From positions 3,350,001 through 3,414,000 of the forward strand of contig NC_045697.1 of the NCBI RefSeq assembly GCF_009834535.1: a DNA stretch of 64,000 bases, in the 5' to 3' direction. This stretch comes from Camelus ferus (Eukaryota). The stretch's first letter is position 1; every line of letters starts with the position of its first letter. The position numbers and the translations under genes are program-made. This document shows, piece by piece, positions 47,601 to 59,202 of the stretch. A model generated the notes under the pieces. The model was not told where the DNA came from and did no database searches. It worked only from the letters and a program-made list of their open reading frames with translations.

Positions 47601-50600
47601 ATTTCCAAAAGCAACGACCACTTTGAAGAAAATGGAGGAACAGAAAAGGGTTGGAGGGGAACTGCAGGGAGAGGAGGGGGCCCTTTCAGATAGCTTTCTG
47701 AAAGGGAGATGCTGGGGAAGAGACAGGAAGAGGGCCAAGGATGGAGGCCAGTGAGGACCTCTGGGGTGGCGTGCCCTGGGCAGAGGGGGTGCAATGCAGG
47801 AACGAGTCTGTGCTTTCCACGGGGCCGCAGTGAGCATGGGGCGACGGCCCTAGGGGCCAGGACAGCAGGCTGAAATTCATCCGTGTGTGTCAGTTAAGGG
47901 TTCAGAAGCCTGAAGCCACTGGGGTGACTCTCTGCCCTAAAGAGACCAGGAAGCTTGCAACCGTGGGGGGCTCTGACATCCAGCCTCCCAGCCGATTCTT
48001 TGCGGGAAGACTTTCCTTTGTCCTTGGAATTCCTTGAGGCTGGGGAAGGGGTGTGTCACCAGAAACTACTAGAACTCTGTTTATGCTTATTTGACCAGAA
48101 AAATAAGGAAGACGTTAGCGTTCCTCTTGACTGGGTTGACAGTGGCCCCCCAACTCTAACTGCCTTGTCGCATGGGGTGACCGAGGTCTTACCACTGTGA
48201 CCTGCTGACCCGCCATGCAGTGTCCCCGGAGTTTAATTTTATGAAGACAACACCCTTCGATAGAAGACTTTTGTAATGAGCGGAGAGCTGGTCAGCTCGC
48301 CGGAGTCGGATGAGTAGCTCATAAACGAGGTGCTTTCGAGATCCATTGAACTTGAAGACGAATTCTGCGTTTTCCTTTTACCAAAAGACACAAGCTCCAA
48401 ATGGGAACGGAAGGCAGGGTGTTAACACTCGTGGGCTACCTGTTCATGTTTTCAAAATGAATCAACATGGGCAACATGTCCCCTCAAATCAATAACTGCT
48501 TTCACAGTGAGAAACCCTTCCCTTCCAAAGAGGCTGAGACTGCGAAGGGAGCGCTTTGAAAATGGCTGTTTGGCCGTCTTTCCAGTGTTGTGAAATGATG
48601 TGCATCACTTCTGAAATCTCTCAAATGTGCGGGCCTTAAGCTCGTGGGAACAAAAATACTTCGGCTGTTTGAAAACCTTCCAAAGGGGCTCAGTGCGTGT
48701 TCGAGCCCGTCTGTTAGAGGTATTACAAATGCAGCACTTCTCCACGAGTTTGCTGTGCAGCGGGAGGAAGAGACGTCTGCCCCCTGCTCCGGGGAGAACC
48801 GCACTCTGGCTTCCCCTCGTTGTTAGGACGACCCCCGCTCCCAACCCCATCGGCGTCCCAGGAAAGCAGGGACCAACGGTGAACCACGTCAACCCAGGCC
48901 CTGCTCTCTGGGAGCACACGGGCTGGAGGAGGACACAGGAAAGAGCTCACCATCCTGTCGAGAGACAGAACAGAAGGTGGGTCCACAAGGAGCCTGCAGG
49001 GCCCCCCCGGGAGGCCAGGTCTGGCCGGGCTCCAGGAGGCTGCCTGGAGGAAGCAGTTGTTTCAAGAGAGGAGCTGAAGGTGTGCAGAGGGAGCTAAGAG
49101 GGGGTGCGCAGGGCTCCCGGCCCCCATGCAGGCCTGACACGGTCAAGGCCTTGACTGAAGGGCAGAGACTAGAGCTCAGAGAGGAGCAGACAGGAGGGAT
49201 GAGGCCTCGGAGACAGTGGGGCTCGAGCGTGGCTCTAGGGAGAGACGGGAGCCACTGCAGGGTCTCCAGCCCGGGAGAGACAGGCGATCAGACCTGCCCC
49301 TGAACCTGTGAACTCACGCCGCCAAGTCCCTCCAGCGGGGGGCCCATGCGCGCCCAGCGCCTGAGGGCACCCAGCTCGCGAGGCATCCTCACCACACCGA
49401 GTGAGGGAGGCTGGGAAACCACCGCACCTGCCAAAGCGCAGTTAAGGGACAGTCCATCACCGCGCAGGGCTTGGCGGGTCCCGGGAAGCCAGGTAGCTGG
49501 ACTTGTTAGCAGGGTATGCTTGTCCTTTCCAACACGGATGAGGATCCCCAGTATTAGCACCGAGGGGGTCTGTAACTCAACGCTGCAGCACCCTTTGGGG
49601 CTGAGGCTTTGACGTGGTCCGCCCTGGGGGCCGTTTCCCTCACGACGTGTCCCCCAGGCACAGACCCCGGAGGTCTCAGCCTAGTCCCCTCCCGCAGCCC
49701 CGCCACCCCCATCCCCTTGCTCACTCTGACCGTCTCTCCCCATGTCCTGTCGCCTCCTTCTTTTCTCTGTCCAGCTCACACTAGGCTGCTCTGATGGTCC
49801 CAGTGTCTCCCGTCTCATCCATCTCAGAGTTCACCCCGGCCACCCTCACGGGCCCGGTGCAGAGCTGCAGCCAGTAAGCCTGGGGATGAGTGCAAGTTCC
49901 CGGCCAGGCTGGTCCAGGGAGCCGCCACGTTGTCTCCCACCTCTGTGCCTTTGCCCGGGTCACGCCAACCCCCGGGATGCCTTTCCCTTACTCCCCTCCT
50001 GGTTAAGCCTCCTCCTTCATGGACCTGCTTAAAGGCGGTCTTTCAAGGCCTCTCCAGCCAGCAAAGACCTCTGCTGCCGCGTGCCTCTCCTGAGGCTGGG
50101 CCTGGATCTGGCCCACCTCTGTGTCCGCAGCACCCAGCCCTAGGCCCAGAGGTGATGCGCAGAGCACGTTTGTTTGAAAAAAAAAAACTAAAAGAACAAA
50201 TATTGCAAAAGTTCCCTGCCATTCTATCTGCTTCTTGAACAAACAGGCTTCATTATTTTAATAAACACAGGAGGCTCCAGCTCGGGAGATGGGGACAGCT
50301 TGGCAAGATGCTCATTAAAGCTGCAAGTGGAGATTTCCATGGAAAGCCACTCCCGGCCTTGCTTCTGAAGTCTCTCTGTGCTGTCTTGGGATGGAAAGGG
50401 GTAGCCGGCACCCGGTGGGGACACAGCCCTTCCTCCCAGCCAGGCTGAACACACCACAAATAAACTCCCTGCGTTGTTTTCTCAAACTAATATCTACCTG
50501 GAATTTTGTTCTCATATCACTGCCTGTCCTCCCCGCCCCCGCTCACATTTGAAGCTAGACTGCAGCTTCCCACACTAATGAGAACCTCCCCTCCTGGAGG

Positions 50601-52659
50601 AAAGCTGGAGCTTCCTGGAGACCAGAGGTTTGGTGCCAAATCACAGCGGATGTCGTCCAGCGTGAAGGAAAAAGGACTAGACTGGTGCCAGGAAGCCACT
50701 TTCCAAGTCACGGCGCCTCTCAGCTTGCTGTCTGCTCCCCTGTATCCCCGGGGCCCCCCTGCCTTCCCCGTCTTCAGTAAAGGAGGGCCAACCCACAAGG
50801 CGGTGCGGGAGGCTGAATCACTTCCCTCTGACAGCAGCGCACAGCGGGGGACACGGAAGGGTCCACTGACTTCCTGGTGGTGCCCCCGAGCCTGCACAGG
50901 AGGGTGAGTCTCAGAGGAGGAGACCAAGGCGGGTTACTGAGCTGGCGGCAGCCCACCGCGGCGGGCATCGAAGGGGCCGGGTCTCAGAGCACTTGCAGTG
51001 CCTGCAGACGGGCCGGGCTCCCCACGGTGGAGACGCACGCTCAGTGCCCGCCTGTCCCCGGGCTCCACCGGCCGCTGCTTTATGGGCCCATAAATCGGGA
51101 TGCCACAGGATGGCTTCTAATCCACTATTCACTGCCAGCCCCTCCACAGTCACTATTTTGAAACCCAAAATAATGAATTTCCTCACTCCCTCTGCCCGGC
51201 TTTATCAGTAACACCTTAGGACAGGCAATTAGCATTTAGAGCCAGGGTCAGATTGGGAGGGCCTGGTCTCCCCCACAGAAGCAGATGGTGCCCCTCCCTC
51301 CTGGAAACAAGCTGTCTGTTCTAGTCCCTGCCCGGCAGAGCTAGAGGACAAAGCACCTTGTCCCCCCAGCCCCACTAACAGATCACTCCAATTGTCTTCA
51401 AAAGCCGTGTCCATCAGGGTGGGGACGGGAGGGTCCAGAGTGGCTGCGTCCATCAGGCTCAGAAGGACAACCGACTTGGGTTGAAAGCTGTTCAACGGCA
51501 CCTCCGATTTCTGAGCTACTCTGTGTCATCCATCACCGGACCCCCCGTGACCCCTCTGCTCCCGCTCCCAGGGCCAGAGTGCCTCGTCCCCTACAGGATG
51601 GGCTTGAGAAAGTCAAAATGACCTTGAGGAGCCGTCAACAATCTCCACAAAAGGAGGAGCATCCTGTTGTGTGTGCAAGACACACAGATTCTCCAAATGG
51701 AGTCCTCTATCCGTCCACACACCTCTGAGCCCACGCGCCGCAGACACACGCGGTCCTAAGAGCATGTGCACATGTGCACATGTCTGACGCGTGCGGCGAC
51801 GGACAGGATGCACTAAAGAGCCTTTTGCAAAGTAAAACCTTCCAGCGTTGGCTCCTTAAGCTCCAGCCTCACACTCAGCAGGTGGAGGCTCCCAGTGTGA
51901 CAGTCACCCTGGGGAGGCTCCGAGAGCAGATGCTCAGGGTGGCACCTCGCCGTGCCCGGGGCACCTGTCCCCTGGGGCTGTGGTGGGCAGACCCCATGCT
52001 GTGTCACATTCGGTCTCAGCACCCTCATCCCTTCCCATGGCACACGCGTGGGTTCCTGTGGGTGAAACACGTGGACAAGGCCACCTGCCTGTGTTGTCAC
52101 ACTTCTCTCCATCTTGCAGAGAAGTAAACGGAGGCCCAGAGGGACCGTGTGGACACCATGCCCAAGGTCACACAGCTGGAAAGTGGCAGAGCCCAGTCCT
52201 AGCCCGGGACTCCACGTCTGCTCCCCTCACAGTTCCCAGGTCCTCTAAGGGCCCACGCGCTTCCCTCGGTGGCCTCCGGGGTTCGGCTGCCACCCCAGGA
52301 CCTGATCTGGAAGCACTAAGAGGAGGGAACGAGGGACGTGGGACATGCCTGGGATGTGATTCCAGAGCCTGAGAGGGGCGCTGCGGCCACCAGGTGCGTG
52401 CATCCCAGCAGCCGTGATGCAGGATGAAATAAAAACACTAGTTTTTCTTTCAATTTTTGTGTATTTTAAAACCTGATTGCTATGTTATCAGGACATGGAT
52501 ACTTACTAAGCTGTTTGGCCCTAACTAGTAATAAATAGAACTTTTCAGGTTTGGGGGTCTTGTTCTGGTCTAGGCGTGCTGTGAAGCCATGACTGAGACA
52601 TTCAGTTCAGCACGAGCTGAGAAGATTTGGGAAACTCTGGGATCATGGGGAAAAATTCT

Positions 52660-53878
52660 GGGCTGCCTAGCACTCTAATTTGGTTTCTAATATTATTCTT
52701 TTTGTTTGTTTGTTTGTTTTTTATTTTTAAGGGGAGATAATTAGGTTTTTATTTATTTCTTTTTCAATGGAGGTACTGGGGCTTGAACCCAGGACCTCGT
52801 GCATGCTAAGCACGTGCTCTACCACTGAGCTATACCCTCTGCCCCCTTTAATATCATTCTCTAATAAAAGGAACTGGGACATCTTGGAGAAATGGCTGAT
52901 TCTAGGATTGGAGTGGGAAATATACAAGGTGAGTGTGGAGGGTCCTGGAGAACCAGGAAGTAAGGATGTGCTGAGCACAAAAATCACAACTGATGGGAGT
53001 GTCAACGGTACATGGGAGCCAACTGGAAGAGCTCCCGGTGGCCACACCTGGGACCATCTGAGCCACAAAGTCAAGCAGTCTGGGGCTATAACCCAGAAGA
53101 TAAAATAAATGTTCATGCTGCATCCTCATATGAATAGTCGATGGAATAAATAAATGGGGGAGAAGACACAGATCTCTGTGAGGAAGAGTGCTAAGTAGTT
53201 TACGGGGAACTTGCGCCCTCAAGGAGTGGGGGCGCAACTCCCCACGCCCCCTTAAGTGTGAGTGCCCACAGTGACTCCCTTCCAAACAGGACAGGATGGA
53301 AAGAGAGCGAAAAATAAAGAGGAACTTGAGAGTCGAGAAACCCGAAAACCACCACCTCGTCCAGGTGATCGAGGTCAAAGCCCAGTGGTGTCATGTTGAC
53401 AGTATCAACTCTGACTTGACGTGAGGGGAGGGGCACTTTACCTCGGTGGTCTTCCTCCCCAAAGCCCACAACCCAAGGCTAACCCTGGAAAAACATCAAA
53501 CAAATCCTAATTGAGGGACAGTCTAAAAACAAACAGTCCCATTTGGAAATGTCGAGATCATTAAAAACAAGGAAAAGTTTGAGAACCTGTCACTCTCCTG
53601 AGGAATGTAAGGAGACAGGACAACTAAATACAATGTGGTGTCCTGGGTGGGATCCTGAGCAGAATAAGGACATAAGTAAAAACCGAGGACGCCTGAGAAC
53701 AGTGTGGTTTCGTTAATCATGTGCGTCAGTACTTAGCTGTGACCAACGGACCATACTAACACGTGAGATTAACAACCAGGGAAACGGGGTGTGAGGCATA
53801 TAGACACTCTCTGTACTATCTTTGCACTTTATCTGTGAATCTAAAACTGTTACAAAATTGAAAACTTTAAAAAAAAAG
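52660..53878 (+). mobile_element. L1MC/L1MD-like LINE 3' end, interrupted by a SINE
   Basis: ttggtttctaata..cattctctaataaaaggaact..cttggagaaatggctgattctagg..caactaaatacaatgtggtgtcctgggtgggatcctg..actctctgtactatctttgcac..tctaaaactgtt plus A tail. Confidence 0.85.
52700..52846 (-). mobile_element. tRNA-Ala-derived SINE (vic-1-like)
   Basis: Reverse complement gagggtatagctcagtggtagagcacgtgcttagcatgcacgaggtcctgggttcaagccccagtacctcca plus tail; TSD taatat(t/c)attct at 52688-52699 and 52849-52860. Confidence 0.93.
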
Positions 53879-54309
53879 ACCCTTGAAAAATAAATACAGG
53901 TGTTGCAGTCAGTAGATCTGTGTCCGAGTCTTAGCTCAGGTGCTTCTGAGCTGGGGGCCGAGAAAGCTAGCCCCTACGAGACATCCACGGGAGTCGGGGC
54001 TCCCTGTCTCCCTCGGGGCAAGTGGGGCTGTGTGACTGGCTGGAGCCAACTGGCCGAGAAACAGCATGTGTGTCGCTGTCTGACTGAGGGAGCTAAGAAC
54101 CAAGTGGCCTCGGGCTTCCTGAGTGAGGAATGGATTCGTGTTGAACAACTGACATGTGGAGATCTGTCTGCACAGCAGTTGGTGTGAATTACTCCAACTC
54201 TACTCAGCTGTGCGAACTCTGCTGGTCATTTTTCTCACTAGTAAAGTGGTGGCAAAGATAGGAACGTCAGGAGGCACACAGTAGGCTCAGTAAATGATAA
54301 CTGTGATGG

Positions 54310-54700
54310 TCACCACTGTCTTCACTACCATCATCTTTATCACAATCATTATCTTCAACAGCAGCATGACCATCATCTTCTTCGTCATCCTAATCATCCT
54401 ATTACCACCATCATCTTCATCATTATCCTAATTCCCTCATCATCTTCCTTATGTTCTTTATCATCACCACCATTGTCATCACCATCACCACCACCATCAT
54501 TATCATCAACACCATCATCACCATCATCACCAACACCATCATCACCATCACCACCAGCATCATCATCACCATCATCATCATCACCATCATTATCACCATC
54601 ATTATCACAATTCCCCCCCTCCTCATCCTCTTCACCTTCATCTTCATCTTCATCATCATCCTCATCACAACACTGTCCTCTCCATCACCACTATCATCAC
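54310..54700. repeat. (CAT/CAC)n trinucleotide low-complexity array
   Basis: Directly visible; explains the poly-Ile/Thr, poly-Met and Ser/Pro ORFs. Confidence 0.95.
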
Positions 54701-55364
54701 TTTCTGATGAAAATGCAGCCCACAGCCTTAATCCCAAAGGCAGGGCAAACCTCTCGCCTCTCCACTTACCTGGGAGGAGGGTGGGAGTTCCCATCTTGGG
54801 GGCAGGTCAGGAAGCTGCTGTAAGGAGTCCTTCTTCAGGGACTAGTTGTTCATTTTTAAAATCATGTCCCCTCGGTGCTCAGTCAGGTAGCCCCTGCTGT
54901 GCCCCACCTCTGAGCTCATGGCAGTGAACAAATAAGCCATTAGAGTGACATGAAGAGGAGCCTCAGAGGAGGGACATCAGTTCCCAAAGCCAGCGGGTGC
55001 ACTGCAACACGTCCGAGGGGCCAAGGGTCGCTCTCCAAGTTCAGCCCTGTGACTAAGGGCGGGGACACGTGAACTTGCTAATACGACTCACCCAGAGTGA
55101 GCCAGAACACTGCCAGGAAGTTGGGGTGTTCCCTCTTAGTTACTGGGACCATTTGCTTCTTCGTTCTAGAACACTCGCTGCAACCACTGACATGGCCCTG
55201 GGCTCCCTACTACAAAGCTCTGTGCAGCCTGTGCTGCGGAAACCAGCACAGGGTGAGGCGGAGCAGGGCCAGTTCCCGTCCCACTCAGGCCACCTCCTTA
55301 TCTCCCTGAGACCTGGCCTCCCCATCCGTGAAGTGGAAACACCGCCACCCAGAACCAACGACGC

Positions 55365-55795
55365 TGTGCGAGATGTGCCCAGATTCCTACGTCGGAGTCC
55401 TGATGCGCAGCATCACGGAACAGAACCTCGTGTGGAGACAGGGTCTTCACGGGGGGAACCAAGTCCAAGTGAAGTAATTCAGGCGGACCCTGACCCAATA
55501 CTGGTGTCCTTATAAAAAGAGGCAATTCGGACACAGACAGGCACACGGGGGGAAGGCCACGTGACAATGGAGGCAGAGATTGGGGTGGTTCTTCTAGAAG
55601 CCGAGGAACAGTGAAGGTTGCCAGCCACCCCCGGGAGCTGGGAGAGGCAGGAAGGACCGTCCCCTGGAGCCCCAGGGGCAGCGTGGCCCTGCCCACACCT
55701 TGGTTTTGGATTTCCAGCCTCAGGACCGAGAGAAGACGTCTCTGCAGCTTGAGCTCCCAGTCTGGTGGTCTGTCACAGCGAACACTGGCAGGCCT
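55365..55795 (+). mobile_element. MLT1B/C-like MaLR LTR
   Basis: ggagacagggtctt..actggtgtccttataaaaagagg..gaaggccacgtgacaatggaggcagagattgg..ggccctgcccacaccttggttttggatttccagcctc. Confidence 0.85.
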
Positions 55796-56839
55796 GCGGG
55801 CGGCCGCCCCCCTCCTCCCCTCTCCTCCCGCGCTCTCTCCTGCCGTCCTTTTCCCTCCCTGCCCTGATGTGCCTGTGTGCCCGGCAGCACTGCAGGGGCG
55901 GGGGACCTCGGCCAACACAACCGACACAGGGACGTGATAAACGCTCCAGTCACTGGCTGGCTGTGTGGTCACCCTCCTCGGGAACTACAGTCCGGGGAGC
56001 TCCGGGTTTGAGGTGGAAGATGAGAGAGACACGGTGGGACCCAGTAGCCAGGAAAAAGACTTCACTGAAAGAGTGGCCGTCCTCGCCTCGAGAAAGAGAC
56101 AGAAAAGGGAGATTCCACCTCGGAATGGAGCTGATGGTGACGGGGTCCAGGAGTCCAGGCCCAGGTCCCTGAGACCTTGCCCTGCAGCCTGGGCCAGGCG
56201 GAGGGAGAGGGCTGAGGTCTGGGGCTGGAAGCCCAGGGGCCCGGCTCAGCATGGACCCCTGCGTGGGACAGGAGCCGGCGGTCTCCATGGGCAACGGGAC
56301 ATGGAGAGCTCCTCCCGGTTCACGCCCCGAACCCCACCCACACTTGGGATTCGTGACCCCCTAGCCTTTGCCCGGGCTGCTCCCGGCCTCCCTGGCTGGT
56401 CCAGCACCTGCCTTCTTCGCTTTCACGCTCCCCTAAGTGGCTCTGTGTGAGGATGCTCCTCTGCGTCTGTCTGGGCTTTCCTTCTCCGACCTTTAGGTGG
56501 CCATATCACCACTCCCGGTCCCCACGTTGTTACCAACCAGCGCCCTCACAGAGCTACCATTCCAGGAGGCCCCTGTTTCTCTTGGTGACACACAAGCCCT
56601 TTTCAACTCTGACTGCCAGGGACCCACTCAGTCCCCTTGAGTGGACAGGGTGGGGCAACACTGATGGGGGGAGAATCTGTGCTAGCTGGGGGTAGGGGCA
56701 GGGGAGGGGTCGACCTGTCCCTGGATGGGGGCTTCCACAGATGCCAACCTTCTATGAGTGTCTCTCTCAGGGACCCCCACCCCAGGTTCTAGGCACCCAC
56801 TGGCGGAAGCTGCCTCAGAGGCCGCGGGCTTGGGCAGGG

Positions 56840-57040
56840 GCGTGAGTCGCAGCCCTGTCACTTTCTAGCTGTGTGGCTTTGGGCCGGTCACTTCACCTCT
56901 CTGAGCCCTGGCTGCCTCATCTGAACAGTGAGGAGGGGAGGGGACGAGGGAAGCACCACCAACAGCATGAGGCCGCATACGCCTGGGCACCCATCCTCAG
57001 GAGGACCCCAGGGAGGGCCCTGCACGTGGCACGTGGCACC
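56840..57040 (+). mobile_element. MIR SINE
   Basis: gtcactttctagctgtgtggctttgggccggtcacttcacctctctgagccctgg..cctcatctgaa. Confidence 0.75.
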
Positions 57041-58324
57041 TGGCTTGTTGCCACGGGGCTGACAGCTCAGAGGCAGGGAGGTAATGGGCGCTGGGGCTTC
57101 CCGGGGGGGAACCGCCATCCGTGGTCTCCCCAGCGTGGCAGAGTCTCCCTCCTCGGGCCGCTGCCCATGACAGGGTCTAATTCAGTCTAATCACTCAGAG
57201 GATGCTTGGCAAGACCAAGTGAGGGCTCTGCCAACAGTCCCCTGGTTTCTGACAGGCCGGCACTTTTGCAGGGGACTCCGGTGATGGGGCTGGGTCCTCA
57301 CTCACCAGGCAACTGTGCAGTGCCTCCTTCCCGCTAAAGACGGCTCCCCGCTCCAGAGACAAAGGAATGAAAAAAATCATTGTCGTTACCATTCAAAGGT
57401 AACACAGCCACCAGAGCAGAAGGAATGTTTTGAGGGAAGGCATTTGCTGAGAGCCAACTCTGCTTAAGGACGCACGCCGGGCAGTGTCACGTTTAATCAT
57501 CTCTATTCATCCTCGGACCGCCCCCAAAAGGGGAAGACAAGTCTCCATTTCACTGATGGGCAAACGGTTGCGAGACTTGCCCAGACTCCCCGGCCCCACA
57601 GCACCCCCGCCCCGTGCCAGGATGCGGCCTGACCAGCAGGCCCTCAGGGAAGCAGAGGGACCTGGTCCTCGCCGTCCTCGCCGAGACGCGGCCTTCGTGC
57701 TTAAGCCGCTGCCTGGCACGGTCTCCTTGGCGGGCTTGTGCGAACGCGAAAACGCCTGGCTTGGAGGGAAAAACGCAAAGGTGAAGCATGTTATCAAATA
57801 AATTAAGCTGACGTCCTATGCTGCATAAAGTCATTTCTAACAAGTACCATTTCACTGGAATTAGGTTGTTTACATTTTAGCCAAATTGTTTGTCGAAAGC
57901 AACAAAGCCCTCTGCATTGACAACGGTTTAAAAAAAATGACTAGAGCGTTCTGGATCCTAGGACACGTAAGCGCACACCAGGTAAACAATGTGTGCTCAC
58001 GGGGGGAGGGAGCAAACTCGCTGTGTTAACCTGGACCTGCAGCACTGAGCTTCCCAGCCAGCCGTGCGTTAGAGGTAGAGAGTCCCCCGTCAGTGGGAGT
58101 ATGTAAGCAGAGGCGGGTGGCATCAAGGAGGGGGCTGGTTGGGGTAACAGTCCCCCCATAGACTTTGCAGACGGAACTGGGCCAGCCCAGCCACCTCCCA
58201 CCTCCCAGACCCCCCTGTTGTACCAGCCATTGCACCATGCTTGCCCTGGACAGGTCGCTTACGCCCCTGAGGCTCGGTTTTCTTGTTAGTAAAGTGGAAG
58301 TAAAGGACGAAGATTCCTCGAGGG

Positions 58325-58345
58325 ACAGCTGTCCATGATGCTGAC
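58325..58345 (-). promoter_or_regulatory. RE1/NRSE-like site (second)
   Basis: Reverse complement GTCAGCATCATGGACAGCTGT: canonical 2-nt spacer, one core mismatch and a divergent 3' tail. Confidence 0.5.
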
Positions 58346-58544
58346 TGCTGTGCTCCCAGTCCTAAGGGCAGGCCTGGCCTGTGGCGGCACACGTCACTGT
58401 TTGCCCAATCCCGAGTAGTGGAAATGAGAAGGAGCCGTGCACGTGGAGCCTGGCCTCATGGGACCCCACCCTGCCATCCCCTCCCTCACCCCCTCTGTCA
58501 TGCAGAAGGGAGGACAGCATCCATGGCTCCTGGGACTCCAGCAG

Positions 58545-59202
58545 AGGTTGGCACATCACCATCTGCTGGATGAATCTTGCCCGCGGCCAGTTTCTGTACA
58601 GCTGGGGAACTAAGAATTCTTTTCACATTTTTAAAGGTTTGTGTGTTGGGTTGACTAGTGTTCCCGCAATTCACATTCTTTCCGTAACCTCAAATGGGAC
58701 CCTATTTGAAATCAAGGTCTTTGCAGACGTGGTGAGCTAAGATGTGGTCGTGCTCCAATAGGCTGAGCCCTAAATCCAGTGACCGCGACCTTCTAAGAAG
58801 AGGCAGACTGGGAAACAGAGGAGAAGGCCGTGTGGTGACACAGCAGAGACTGGAGGGACGTGGCCACGAGCCAAGGTCCGCTGACACCACCAGCAGCTGG
58901 AAGAGGCGGAGAAGGGTCCTTCCCTACAGTGTCTGGAGGGAGCCCAGCCCTGGCAATGCCTTGATTCCAGACTCCAGGCCTCTGGAACAGCGCAAGAATT
59001 AATTTCCTTTGTTTTATGGCACCTGGTTTGTGGTATTTAGTTACGTGGTCTTTTGTCACGGCAGCCACACAAAAAATACAGGTTACGTATTAAAACAATA
59101 TAAATCAAAACAAAAACAAAGAAAATATGCAACAGAAACAGTAGGTGGCCCACAAAGTCATTCCTGTCTGGTCCTTCACAGAAGAAGTTTGCCCACCCCC
59201 GT
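58545..59202. mobile_element. MER58-like hAT element split by an MLT1 insertion
   Basis: ctaagaattcttttcacatttttaaaggtt | ..aatatgcaacagaaacag..gtggcccacaaag..tctggtccttcacagaagaagtttgcccacccc. Confidence 0.7.
58642..59080 (+). mobile_element. MLT1B/C-like MaLR LTR nested in MER58
   Basis: tgtgttgggttgactagtgttccc..tatttgaaatcaaggtctttgcagacgt..ccctaaatccagtgac..gtttgtggtattt..aataca; ggtt on both flanks. Confidence 0.85.

Noticed and set aside
48190..48380. Minus-strand stop-free frame (KENAEFVFKFNGSRKHLVYELL..) ending at a GTAAGA donor
   Set aside because: No convincing acceptor, an in-frame stop immediately upstream, and no recognisable protein; more likely non-coding unique sequence
54423..54927. 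Poly-Ile/Thr, poly-Met and Ser/Pro ORFs resembling membrane or mucin proteins
   Set aside because: Translation of the (CAT/CAC)n repeat
55965..56450. 161-aa ORF with a charged, protein-like N-terminus
   Set aside because: Overlaps purine-rich sequence resembling antisense L2; no homology or splice support
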